Assembly: GCA_040755755.1 (NCBI GenBank) | Contig: JBFLZW010000031.1 | Span: 64,561 to 128,560, forward strand | Source of the DNA: a bacterium | GTDB taxonomy: Bacteria; SZUA-182; DTGQ01 | Direction: 5' to 3' | DNA: 64,000 bases | Part shown: positions 8,385 to 18,786 of the stretch, piece after piece | Layout: the number at the start of each line of letters is the position of its first letter | Numbering within the stretch: position 1 is the stretch's first letter | Notes under the pieces: model-generated | The model's database searches: none | What the model saw: the letters and a program-made list of their open reading frames with translations, nothing else | What the model was told of the DNA's origin: nothing | Translations under genes and position numbers: made by a program

Positions 8385-11300
8385 TTGAAATCACGAAAAG
8401 CCGCTTACCTTGAAGAGGATCCCCTCTGGTATAAGGATGCGATCATTTATGAGCTCCATGTAAAGACCTTTTACGATAGCAATAATGACGGCATCGGAGA
8501 TTTTCAGGGACTTACCCAGAAACTCGACCATCTGGCAAACCTTGGAATTACGGCTGTCTGGCTTCTCCCCTTTTATCCATCTCCCCTGAAGGATGATGGC
8601 TATGATATAGCCAATTATTTTGAAGTCCATCCTGATTATGGCACGCTGCGGGACTTCAAGGAATTTCTCAAGGAAGCCCATCGGCGGGGAATACGGGTCA
8701 TTACCGAGCTTGTTTTAAACCACACTTCCGATCAGCATGACTGGTTTCAGAAGGCCCGAAGAGCAAAACCCGGCTCCAGATGGAGAAATTATTATGTCTG
8801 GGATTCACCGGAAAAGTATAAAGATGCCAGAATTATCTTTAAAGACTTCGAAACTTCCAACTGGGCCTGGGACCCTGTAGCCAAGGCTTACTACTGGCAT
8901 CGTTTTTACTCCCATCAGCCGGATCTGAATTACAATCATCCGCATGTCCAGAAAAGCATGCTGCGGGTCATCGACTACTGGTTGAATATGGGTGTGGACG
9001 GGATGCGCCTTGATGCCGTTCCCTACCTTTATGAACGGGAGGGAACCAATTGCGAAAATCTGCCGGAAACCTATGAGTATCTGAAGAAACTGAGGTCGCA
9101 TATCGACAGCAAGTTCAGAGGCAGGATGCTTCTGGCCGAGGCCAACCAGTGGCCGGAAGATGCGGTCAACTATTTCGGAAATGGTGACGAGTGTCATATG
9201 GCCTTTCATTTTCCGCTGATGCCCAGGATGTTCATGGCCATCCGGATGGAAAACCGGTATCCAATCATGGAAATCCTCAATCAGACCCCGGCGATCCCTG
9301 ATGTCTGTCAGTGGGCGCTCTTTTTGAGGAATCACGATGAGCTTACCCTCGAAATGGTGACCGACGAGGAGCGGGACTATATGTACAGGATCTACGCCAA
9401 AGACCGCACGGCACGGATTAACCTCGGCATTCGAAGGCGTCTGGCACCGCTCCTTGGCAATGACAGAAAAAAGATAGAATTGATGAATTTTCTGCTCCTT
9501 TCCCTGCCGGGGACCCCGGTTATCTATTACGGGGATGAAATCGGCATGGGAGACAACTACTATCTGGGAGACAGAAACGGCGTCAGGACCCCGATGCAGT
9601 GGAGTGGAGACAGAAATGCCGGTTTCTCGCGGGCCAATCCCCAGAAACTCTACCTGCCGGTGATCATTGATCCTGAATACCATTATGAAGCCGTCAATGT
9701 GGAAAACCAGGACAGAAGCCAGGCTTCCCTGCTATGGTGGATGAAGCATTTTATCGCCATGAGAAACAATTTCAAGGCCTTTGGCCGGGGAACGATCGAA
9801 TTCCTCTTTCCGGAGAATATGAAGGTTCTGGCCTTTATCCGGCAGTACCAGGATGAGAACATCCTGGTGGTCGTGAACCTGTCACGGCACCCGCAGCTCG
9901 TCGAGCTTGACCTGGCAAAGTATGCCGGGTATGTGCCGGTGGAGGCTTTCAGCAAGAATTCATTCATTGTTATTAAAAATCATCCCTACGCCCTGACCCT
10001 TGGATCGTATGGCTACTACCTGTTTCTGCTCCAGAGGCAGGAGGAGGGGGGGGCAGTCCGGACCCCGAGGATCCTGCCGGAAATCAAGGTAAGCTGGAAG
10101 TGGGAGATGGTTTTGGCCGGAAAAGCGGGGGAGGAGCTTGAGCGTGAAGTATTGCCGCTTTTCCTGAAAAGTGCCCGGTGGTTCGGAGGGAAGACCCGTC
10201 TGGTCCAGCAGGTCAAGATAGCCAGGGATATCCAGCTCGGCAAGGGCAGCCAGGTCACGCATCTTTTGTTCCTCGATGTTCAGTACACGGAAGGGGTGTC
10301 CGACCTCTATCTTCTTCCCCTCTCTTTTGCTCAGGCAGATCAGGCGCAAAAGATCCTGGAGGAGTCGCCTCAGGGGGTGGTGGCCAGGCTCGTGGTCGAT
10401 GAGACGAGGGGAATCATCTATGACGGCATCTATAACGAGAAATTCCGCCAGGATCTTCTGATGATGATTGTCAGACGGTATAAAATCCGGGATAAGGAAG
10501 GGGAGGTGGCTGCCTATCCGGGGAAGGACCTTCGGGGTTCCATCAGGGGAATGCAATTACCTTCCGAATCCCAGGTACTGCGGGGTGAGCAGAGCAACTC
10601 GTCGATTATCTACGGGAACAGGTTTTTTCTCAAGCTGTTCAGGCGTCTTGAGGAGGGAATGAACTCGGAGCTCGAAATGCTGTGGTTCCTGACTGAAAAG
10701 CTATCCTGTCCTCATGTGCCGCCGTTTGCAGGAGTGATCGAGTATCGAAAGCCGCATGCCGAATCGACCATTCTGGCCATTCTTCAAGGGCTTGTGCCCA
10801 ATGCAGGGGATGCCTGGAGCTATACTCTCGATGCTCTGGAGAGGTATTTTACCGGTGTCCTCTCGAAGTCAGGCGAGATTCAGGAGGTCCCGAAGGCTCC
10901 AGCTTCGCTCCTTGAGATAGCTTATCAGGAAATCCCTCCGCTCATGCAGGAGCTCATCTCGGGTTATCTTGAAATGATAAGCCTGCTGGGCACAAGAACC
11001 GGAGAGCTTCACCTTGCTCTGGCCTCGGACCCGGAAGATCCGTTTTTTGCGCTGGAACCCTATTCACTCCTTCACCAGAGGGCCATTTATCAGTCACTGC
11101 AAACCGGGGCTCAGCGGACTTTTCATCTTCTGGAAAAGAGCCTTGCACATCTGCCTGAGGATGAAAGGAACCTGGTGCAGGAGATCCTGAGCTTAAAGAA
11201 ACAGGTGGTCAGTCTGTTCAAAGCCATTCTCCAGAAGAAGATCTCCGGCGGGAAGATCAGGATCCACGGGGATTACCATCTGGGCCAGGTGCTCTACACG

Positions 11301-11714
11301 GGAAAGGACTTTGCGATCATCGATTTTGAAGGCGAGCCGGCCCGGTCGTTGAGCGAGCGGCGATTGAAAAGGTCCCCCCTGCGGGATATAGCCGGTATGC
11401 TCAGATCGCTCCACTATGCAGCCTATACCGCTCTCTTGAAAAAAGCGCTGATCAGGGCTGAAGACAGGGTACAGCTTGAGCCCTGGGCTGACCTGTGGTA
11501 CAAATATACGGGGGGTGCTTTCCTGAGATCGTATCTCGATACGGTCAAAGATGCACCCTTTATCCCCCGGGAAAAGAACGAGCTGCAGATCATGCTCAAT
11601 GCCTTTCTCCTCGATAAGGCAATTTACGAGGTCAGATATGAATTGAACAACCGGCCAGAATGGCTGGCCATTCCCTTGCGGGGGATAAAACACCTGCTGG
11701 AGGAAAACAAGTAG
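8385..11714 (+). CDS. treS: trehalose synthase / maltokinase fusion (TreS-Pep2)
   Basis: 1109 aa. The N-terminal GH13 part ([26 protein letters not shown]-like, [11 protein letters not shown]) fits TreS. The C-terminal kinase-like part ([17 protein letters not shown]) fits maltokinase. TTG start with GAGGAAGGGA upstream. Confidence 0.9.
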   Translation: [1109 protein letters not shown]

Positions 11715-11748
11715 CGGGGAGAAAAAATGAGAAAGGAGAGAGAGGGCG

Positions 11749-13671
11749 ATGGATATCGGGAGCCTTTTGACTGAGAATGATATTTACCTGTTCAGGGAAG
11801 GGAGCCACTTTCGGCTCTATGATAAGCTCGGCTCTCATCTGGTAACCGTTGACGGAGTCAGCGGAGCGTACTTTGCGGTCTGGGCTCCGAATGCCGAGGG
11901 GGTTACGGTGATGGGAAAATTTAATGGCTGGAACCCGGATTCCCATTCTCTGGCCTTGAGAATGGATGGCTCAGGGATCTGGGAGGGCTTTATTCCCGGT
12001 ATCGCTCATGGTGCTCCGTACAAGTATCATATCAGATCACGCTATCGGCATTACCGGGTCGATAAAGGAGACCCTTATGCCTTCCGCTGGGAGCCTGCGC
12101 CGGAAACAGCCTCGGTGGTCTGGGACCTCAAGTATGCATGGGGAGATGGCGAGTGGATGAAAAACCGCGCCGGGGCCAATGCCTTCAATGCACCCATGTC
12201 TATCTACGAGGTGCATCTTGGATCGTGGAGACGGGTTCCGGAAGAGGACGGGCGGTTTCTTACCTACCGGGAAATGGCTGAAAGCCTGGCTGATTACGTC
12301 GAGAAGATGGGTTTTACCCATGTCGAGTTTCTGCCGGTCATGGAGCATCCCTTCTATGGTTCCTGGGGATATCAGATCGTGGGCTTCTTTGCTCCGAGCA
12401 GCAGGTTCGGCACTCCGCAGGACTTCATGGCGATGGTCGATTACCTCCATCAGCGGGGGATAGGAGTTATCCTTGACTGGGTGCCTTCGCATTTTCCCGA
12501 TAATATCCAGGGGCTGGTCTTCTTTGACGGCACTCACCTGTACGAGCATGCAGACCCACGGAAAGGATTTCATCCCGAATGGAAGAGCTATATCTTTAAC
12601 TATGGCCGCCAGGAAGTCAGGGCATTCCTGATCAGTGCCGCACTCTTCTGGTTTGACAAGTATCATATCGACGGTCTCAGGGTGGATGCCGTAGCCTCCA
12701 TGCTCTACCTGGACTATGCGCGCAAATGGGGTGAATGGATCCCGAACGAATTCGGCGGCAAGGAGAATATCGAGGCCATCAGCTTCATCAAACGGCTGAA
12801 CGAGGCCATATACAGCGCATACCCCGATGTTCAGACCATTGCCGAAGAGTCGACCGCCTGGCCCATGGTTTCCCGTCCGACCTATATCGGCGGTCTGGGA
12901 TTTGGTCTGAAGTGGAATATGGGCTGGATGCACGATACCCTGTCCTACTTTTCCAAGGACGCCGTTTACCGCAAGTACCATCAGGGCCAGCTCACGTTCA
13001 GTATCTGGTACGCCTTCTGGGAAAATTTCGTGCTTCCTCTCTCCCACGATGAGGTGGTATACGGGAAAGGCTCGCTGATCGGGAAAATGCCGGGGGACGA
13101 CTGGCAGAAATTCGCCAACCTGCGGCTGTTATTCGGATATATGTATGGTCATCCGGGCAAGAAGCTTCTGTTCATGGGGGGAGAGTTTGCCCAGTGGCGG
13201 GAGTGGAACCACGATCTCAGCCTTGACTGGCACCTCCTCGAATATTTCCCTCATCAGGGAGTGCAAAAGTGGGTCGCGGACTTAAACCGCATGTATGCCA
13301 CTGAACCGGCCCTTCACGAGCTGGACTTTTCCAGTGAAGGATTCGAATGGGTGGATTTTCACGATGCCGAATCGAGCGTCATCAGCTTCATCAGAAAAGG
13401 GAAAACCACCGGCGACCTGATCATGGCAGTCTGCAATTTCACCCCCGTGCCCCGGGAAAACTACCGGCTGGGAGTGCCGTGGAGCGGCATCTGGAAAGAG
13501 ATCCTGAACAGCGATGCCAGGGTCTATGGCGGAAGCGGCCACGGAAACTTTGGCCAGGTTGAGGCCACACCGCTTCCTGCACACGGAAAAAGCTGCTCCC
13601 TATCCCTGCTCCTGCCTCCCCTGGGCATTATTTTCCTCAAGGGTGAGGAGAGTGAGAAATTTCAGTTGTAA
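11749..13671 (+). CDS. glgB: 1,4-alpha-glucan branching enzyme
   Basis: 640 aa with [35 protein letters not shown] and [10 protein letters not shown] motifs. Confidence 0.93.
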   Translation: MDIGSLLTENDIYLFREGSHFRLYDKLGSHLVTVDGVSGAYFAVWAPNAEGVTVMGKFNGWNPDSHSLALRMDGSGIWEGFIPGIAHGAPYKYHIRSRYRHYRVDKGDPYAFRWEPAPETASVVWDLKYAWGDGEWMKNRAGANAFNAPMSIYEVHLGSWRRVPEEDGRFLTYREMAESLADYVEKMGFTHVEFLPVMEHPFYGSWGYQIVGFFAPSSRFGTPQDFMAMVDYLHQRGIGVILDWVPSHFPDNIQGLVFFDGTHLYEHADPRKGFHPEWKSYIFNYGRQEVRAFLISAALFWFDKYHIDGLRVDAVASMLYLDYARKWGEWIPNEFGGKENIEAISFIKRLNEAIYSAYPDVQTIAEESTAWPMVSRPTYIGGLGFGLKWNMGWMHDTLSYFSKDAVYRKYHQGQLTFSIWYAFWENFVLPLSHDEVVYGKGSLIGKMPGDDWQKFANLRLLFGYMYGHPGKKLLFMGGEFAQWREWNHDLSLDWHLLEYFPHQGVQKWVADLNRMYATEPALHELDFSSEGFEWVDFHDAESSVISFIRKGKTTGDLIMAVCNFTPVPRENYRLGVPWSGIWKEILNSDARVYGGSGHGNFGQVEATPLPAHGKSCSLSLLLPPLGIIFLKGEESEKFQL

Positions 13672-13740
13672 AATGTAGGGGGGCTCTTCGCCCCACCAAA
13701 CGCCACGCCGTCTACAGTATAGATCAGAGAGGGTAGTAAA

Positions 13741-13899
13741 TTGAAAACCAGGGAATATATTGCCGAGGTCATGTTGGACGGCCATCTTTCTTTACCTGAA
13801 AAGGTAATTCAAGATCCAGGTCTTCAACCACATACCAAGGTCAGGGTAACCATTGAAAAAGCCGAATCAGAAGCACATGGAATATATTGCTTGATATAG
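13741..13899 (+). CDS. small AbrB/SpoVT-type antitoxin-like ORF (not in ORF track)
   Basis: My translation is (TTG)KTREYIAEVMLDGHLSLPEKVIQDPGLQPHTKVRVTIEKAESEAHGIYCLI*. The core xGxLxLPxxV...GLxPxxKVxV fits the swapped-hairpin AbrB fold. GAGAGGG lies about 8 nt upstream. It is followed by a PIN remnant. Confidence 0.45.
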   Translation: MKTREYIAEVMLDGHLSLPEKVIQDPGLQPHTKVRVTIEKAESEAHGIYCLI

Positions 13900-14105
13900 A
13901 CCTTTCTCAAATTGTTTCTATTGATAAGCAATTGGAAGAGCAAGCCGTTGATCTCTTTTGGAAGTATCAGGATAAAAGGTGGGGAATCGTGGATTGCTCT
14001 TCAATTTAGTGATGGAGATGGCAAACTGTTCGCTCTCATTTGGCTATGACCATCATTATTGTAGAGGCCGCAAGGCAGTTTGGTTTTGCTTTACTCGACA
14101 GTTAA
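13884..14105 (+). pseudogene. decayed PIN-domain (VapC-like) toxin remnant
   Basis: Frame 3 reads ILLDIDLSQIVSIDKQLEEQAVDLFWKYQDKRWGIVDCSSI**. After frame shifts it reads LVMEMANCSLSFGYDHH and EAARQFGFALLDS. That is an N-terminal LLD motif joined directly to a C-terminal D.sF..M....sF.yD.hF...GF tail. The middle of the domain is missing and there are at least 2 frameshifts. Confidence 0.4.
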
Positions 14106-14170
14106 TTTTGATTGTGGATTAAACTTTAACATCCCCTTTAAAGTCAGTTGGGATTTATGGTGATTTCCAG

Positions 14171-14872
14171 ATGTACTATCAGGATATTCACCCCTGGGAG
14201 GTCAGCTATCAGGAGGCACTGGAGATTCAGCGAAAGCTCAGCCGTATGGTTGAGACCGGGCCGCTCAGCCAGCCGGTGACCTTGGTCGCCGGGGCCGATA
14301 TCTCTTACTCGAAGATGGATGAGCGCCTGTTTGCCGCAGTTGTGGCCTTTACCTTTCCGGACCTTGAAATCGTGGAACAGGCCAAGGCCGAAGGGCGGGC
14401 CACCTTTCCCTATATTCCGGGATTGCTCAGCTTTCGCGAAGCACCGACACTGCTGACAGCTTTTGCCCGGCTCCGGCATGAGCCCGATGTCATTCTTGTT
14501 GACGGCCAGGGTATTGCTCACCCGCGACGGCTGGGTATTGCCTCTCACCTTGGGATACTCCTTGACCGCCCGACCATAGGCTGTGCCAAAACCCGGCTGA
14601 GCGGAAACTATGTCGAACCCGGAGAGCACAAAGGAGAGAAATCCCCCTTGCAGCATGGCAGGGAAACAATCGGCATGGTGCTCAGAACCCGCACCAGGAC
14701 CAGGCCTCTCTTCATCTCGGTTGGCCATAAAATCGATCTTGAGACAGCAGTGTCGATTGTTTTGGCCTGCACCCGCACCTTCCGGCTTCCTGAACCCACC
14801 CGGCAGGCCCACCTGCTTGCCAATCGTCTCCGAAGGGAATTTTCTCCTGCCCATCGATTACCCGGTGAATGA
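14171..14872 (+). CDS. nfi: endonuclease V (deoxyinosine 3' endonuclease)
   Basis: 233 aa with LVAGADISY, FPYIPGLLSFREAP and VDGQGIAHPRRLGIASHLG motifs. Confidence 0.9.
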   Translation: MYYQDIHPWEVSYQEALEIQRKLSRMVETGPLSQPVTLVAGADISYSKMDERLFAAVVAFTFPDLEIVEQAKAEGRATFPYIPGLLSFREAPTLLTAFARLRHEPDVILVDGQGIAHPRRLGIASHLGILLDRPTIGCAKTRLSGNYVEPGEHKGEKSPLQHGRETIGMVLRTRTRTRPLFISVGHKIDLETAVSIVLACTRTFRLPEPTRQAHLLANRLRREFSPAHRLPGE

Positions 14873-15065
14873 TATCTTTATCCTGATCAGGCAAAAGATA
14901 AATCCTTATTAGACCGTGCTGTATTGCCTGATCACTTCTCCTTGCAGCTAATCGCCGCTCCTTGCAGTTTATCTCTGCCTTTGAATATGATCAATTTTCG
15001 CCGGGTTGTACTGGCCATTCCCGAAAAATTCTCATGAGCTCCATCACTATTAGAGATATTATACC

Positions 15066-15094
15066 TTGACTTTTTAAGACCTTATCTATAAGAT
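15066..15094 (+). promoter_or_regulatory. sigma-70-like promoter candidate upstream of galU
   Basis: TTGACT (15066-15071), a 17-nt spacer, then TAAGAT (15089-15094). TATAAG with a 15-nt spacer is the alternative -10. It lies about 80 nt upstream of the galU ATG. Confidence 0.3.
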
Positions 15095-15171
15095 AGCATA
15101 AATCAGGTAGTGGAGTGCCATCTTTCATTTCGTGATGTATTGTGAAACTCTGAGTAAAGGAGTGTTACCGA

Positions 15172-16107
15172 ATGAACGAGTGCTCAAATATCAAAAAGGC
15201 GATATTCCCCGCCGCAGGTCTTGGAACCAGGTTTCTTCCAGCCACCAAATCCTCTCCAAAAGAAATGCTGCCTCTGGTTGATAAGCCGATGATTCAATAC
15301 GTAGTTGAGGAGGCGGTTGCCTCCGGCATCGAGGATATTACTATTGTCACCGGTCGAGGGAAACGGGCGATCGAGGATTTTTTTGATATTTCCTTTGAGC
15401 TGGAATATGAGCTGCGCAAAAGGGGCAAGGCCGAAATTCTGGAACAGATGCAAATGATATCCCATATGGCAAAAATTTCCTATATCCGGCAGAAAGAGCC
15501 ACTCGGTCTTGGCCATGCCATCCTGGTGCCACGGGATCTTGTCGGAAATCAGGCATTCGCCGTCCTTCTCGGAGACGACATTATCGATGCCGATGTTCCC
15601 TGTCTCAAGCAATTGATCGAAGTTTATAACCGATACAAATGCTCGGTCATCGCCGTGCAAAGAGTACATGACGATATCTCACAGTATGGCGTTATCAAGC
15701 CGAGACATCTGGAAAACAACGTTTATCAGGTTTTAGACCTGGTTGAAAAGCCATCACCGAGTGAGGCCCCTTCCGATCTGGCTATCATTGGCCGATACAT
15801 TTTAACTCCCGAGATATTCGACGTTCTCGAAAGGATAGGAATGGATAAGACCGGCGAAATTCAACTGACCAACGGTTTGCGCGAATTAAGCAAACGCCAG
15901 GCCATCTATGCCTGTGAATTTCAAGGGAAGCGCTACGACGCCGGAAGCAAGCTTGGCTTTCTCCAGGCCACAGTTGAATTTGCCCTGAAATGCCCTGGTC
16001 TGGGCGAAGAGTTCGCTCAGTATCTGGCAAGCCGAAACCTGGCGGATTTACTCGCTGAAAAAAAGACCTCTCAGGTTCCTCACAAAGCGAGTGACCATAT
16101 CCAATGA
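15172..16107 (+). CDS. galU: UTP--glucose-1-phosphate uridylyltransferase
   Basis: 311 aa with KAIFPAAGLGTRFLPATKSSPKEMLPLVDKPMIQY and VEKP motifs. Confidence 0.9.
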   Translation: MNECSNIKKAIFPAAGLGTRFLPATKSSPKEMLPLVDKPMIQYVVEEAVASGIEDITIVTGRGKRAIEDFFDISFELEYELRKRGKAEILEQMQMISHMAKISYIRQKEPLGLGHAILVPRDLVGNQAFAVLLGDDIIDADVPCLKQLIEVYNRYKCSVIAVQRVHDDISQYGVIKPRHLENNVYQVLDLVEKPSPSEAPSDLAIIGRYILTPEIFDVLERIGMDKTGEIQLTNGLRELSKRQAIYACEFQGKRYDAGSKLGFLQATVEFALKCPGLGEEFAQYLASRNLADLLAEKKTSQVPHKASDHIQ

Positions 16108-16384
16108 TAAGTCTTGAGCGATCATCTGCCACGAGGCAGTAAAGCCAGATATGCCGGCTGCTTGCCGGTGTAATATTGGGGTAAACAGGATTGATACTCT
16201 GACATGGGGAGAAGGAATGGTTTTGCCGATAACACTTATGAGCACTGTTAAGCTCAATCGGAACCGTTCTTTCACCAACATCATCCAATTCCAATGTCGT
16301 CGGATAACTGTATGTTCAGCAGGCATTACTTCAGGGTGACCCGTTAATCGAAGGGATCGTGAAATCTAGTAAGGAGGATATGCT

Positions 16385-18757
16385 GTGGCCGAGGGTGATA
16401 CCAAAAAGAACGTGCTTTTGGATAATATACCATGCTGTTTGCCACTTTTGCCGGTTAGAGATATCGTTGTTTACCCCTATATGATTCTGCCTCTCTTCGT
16501 AGGGAGAGAAAAATCCATCAAAGCTGTCGAGCAGGCCGTTGCCGAGTACGATCGCAAAATCTTCCTTGTCGCTCAGAAAGACTCGAAAGTCGAAGACCCC
16601 AGTCCCGAGGAAATATTCCGGTTCGGAACGGTCGGCAACATCATGAAACTCCTGAAACTACCTGACGGCAGGCTGAAAATCCTGATTCACGGCCTGATAC
16701 GGGCTGAGCTGAAAAAGTACAAGGAAGACAAAAACTGCTTCATTGCCAAAATAAAGAAGATCATCGAGAAGGAGAATACCGAGCATACTCTCGAAGTTGA
16801 AGCCCTGATGCGGAATGTAAAATCGCAGATGGAAAAAAGCCTCTCGCTCGGAAAAGCTCTGCTGCCGGATGTCGTGGTTATCGCCAGCAACATCGATGAT
16901 CCCGGCAAGCTGGCTGACCTGATCGTATCCAACCTGGTTCTGAAGACCGATGAAACCCAGAGTGTTCTTGAGATCATCGATCCTGTCCAGCGGCTCAAAA
17001 GAGTCAATGAGCTTTTGTCGAAGGAGCTGGAAGTTCTGGCCATGCAAAAAAAGATCCAGTCCCAGGCCAAAGAGGAGATGGACAAGGATCACCGGGAGTA
17101 TTACCTTCGCCAGCAGTTGAAAGCCATCCAGCACGAGCTGGGCCAGGTGGATGAGCGCACCGAAGAAATCAATGACCTGAAATCCAAGATAGAGAAGGCC
17201 AACCTGCCGGATGAGGCCAGGAACGAGGCCGAGAAGCAATTGTCCCGCCTGGCCAAGATGCACCCTGAAGCCGCGGAATCCGGTATGGTCCGGTCCTATC
17301 TGGAATGGCTGGTCGAGCTTCCGTGGAGCATATCAACCGAGGATAATCTCGACATTGCCCAGGCTTCCAGGGTGCTTAACGAGGATCATTATGACCTGGA
17401 AAAGGTCAAGGAAAGAATCCTTGAATACCTGAGCGTCAGAAAGCTCAAGAAAAATAAAATGAAAGGGCCTATTCTCTGCTTTGTCGGCCCTCCGGGAGTT
17501 GGGAAAACCTCCCTGGGAAAATCCATTGCCCGCTCTCTGGGAAGAAAATTCGTGCGCATCTCCCTTGGCGGTGTCCGGGACGAAGCGGAAATCCGGGGCC
17601 ATCGCCGGACCTATATCGGCTCCCTGCCGGGCCGGATTATTCAGGGAATCAGACAGGCGGGCTCCAACAATCCGATTTTCATGATGGATGAAGTAGATAA
17701 AATCGGTGCTGATTTTCGCGGGGACCCTTCGGCAGCCCTGCTGGAGGTTCTGGACCCTGAGCAAAATTCAGCCTTCACCGACCATTACCTGGGGATACCC
17801 TTCGATTTGAGCAATGTCATGTTTATCGCTACCGCCAACCTCCTCGATCCAATTCTGCCGGCCTTCCGGGACCGGATGGAGATCATCCATCTGTCCGGCT
17901 ACACCGAGATAGAAAAAATGAAAATCGCCAGACGATACCTGATTCCCAAGCAGCTGGAGGAGAATGGAATTACCGATAAAGACCTCTCTATCTCGGATCA
18001 GGCCACCCTGAAAATTATTAATGAGTATACGCGGGAGGCGGGATTGCGAAATCTGGAGCGGGAAATCGCCACCATCTGCCGCAAATGTGCAAAACGCAAA
18101 GCCGAAGGATCAACTGGCAAGATGAGTGTCGTGCCGAGAAACGTCCACCATTTCCTCGGCATCCCCTCCTATCAGAGGGAGCTGGAGTATAAATCGGACG
18201 AAGTTGGTGTCGCTACCGGATTGGCATGGACCGAGTCCGGAGGAGATATTATTCATATCGAAGCTACCACCATGAGAGGCAAAGGAGCTTTGATCCTGAC
18301 CGGACATCTGGGAGATATCATGAAAGAATCCGCTCAGGCAGCCCTGAGCTTTGCACGTTCCGAAGCCGAGCACCTGGGTATTGACGGAAACTTCAATGCT
18401 GAAAAAGATATCCATATCCATATCCCGGCAGGTGCCATTCCCAAGGATGGCCCTTCGGCTGGAGTAACCATGGCTACCTCGCTGGTTTCGCTCTTCACTA
18501 ATAAACCGGTCCGCAAGGATGTGGCCATGACTGGCGAAATCACCCTGCGAGGTCATGTCCTGCCGGTTGGAGGGCTGAAGCAGAAGGTTCTGGCTGCCAA
18601 GCGAATGGGCATTAACAATATCATTGTCCCCGCACGGAATAAAAAAGATATCCAGGATATTCCGAAACAGGTACGTCAGAATATCCATTTTACCTTTGCG
18701 GAAAATATGGAAGATATTCTGAATGTTGCCCTGAAGAATACGAATGGAAATTCGTAA
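16385..18757 (+). CDS. lon: ATP-dependent Lon protease
   Basis: 790 aa. It has a Lon N-domain (LPLLPVRDIVVYPYMILPLFVGR), Walker A GPPGVGKTS, and the protease site KDGPSAGV with a downstream K (GGLKQKVLAA). GTG start 6-7 nt after AAGGAGG. Confidence 0.95.
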   Translation: MAEGDTKKNVLLDNIPCCLPLLPVRDIVVYPYMILPLFVGREKSIKAVEQAVAEYDRKIFLVAQKDSKVEDPSPEEIFRFGTVGNIMKLLKLPDGRLKILIHGLIRAELKKYKEDKNCFIAKIKKIIEKENTEHTLEVEALMRNVKSQMEKSLSLGKALLPDVVVIASNIDDPGKLADLIVSNLVLKTDETQSVLEIIDPVQRLKRVNELLSKELEVLAMQKKIQSQAKEEMDKDHREYYLRQQLKAIQHELGQVDERTEEINDLKSKIEKANLPDEARNEAEKQLSRLAKMHPEAAESGMVRSYLEWLVELPWSISTEDNLDIAQASRVLNEDHYDLEKVKERILEYLSVRKLKKNKMKGPILCFVGPPGVGKTSLGKSIARSLGRKFVRISLGGVRDEAEIRGHRRTYIGSLPGRIIQGIRQAGSNNPIFMMDEVDKIGADFRGDPSAALLEVLDPEQNSAFTDHYLGIPFDLSNVMFIATANLLDPILPAFRDRMEIIHLSGYTEIEKMKIARRYLIPKQLEENGITDKDLSISDQATLKIINEYTREAGLRNLEREIATICRKCAKRKAEGSTGKMSVVPRNVHHFLGIPSYQRELEYKSDEVGVATGLAWTESGGDIIHIEATTMRGKGALILTGHLGDIMKESAQAALSFARSEAEHLGIDGNFNAEKDIHIHIPAGAIPKDGPSAGVTMATSLVSLFTNKPVRKDVAMTGEITLRGHVLPVGGLKQKVLAAKRMGINNIIVPARNKKDIQDIPKQVRQNIHFTFAENMEDILNVALKNTNGNS

Positions 18758-18786
18758 TTGGTGACTTCTCACTCTAAGGAGAACAG

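Noticed and set aside
16108-16384. Heat-shock (sigma-32 or CIRCE) promoter upstream of lon
   Set aside because: There is no CIRCE copy and no convincing CTTGAAA...CCCCAT match on the plus strand. Only small hairpins (CTGCC-ACGA-GGCAG, CCGGC-TGCTT-GCCGG) are present.
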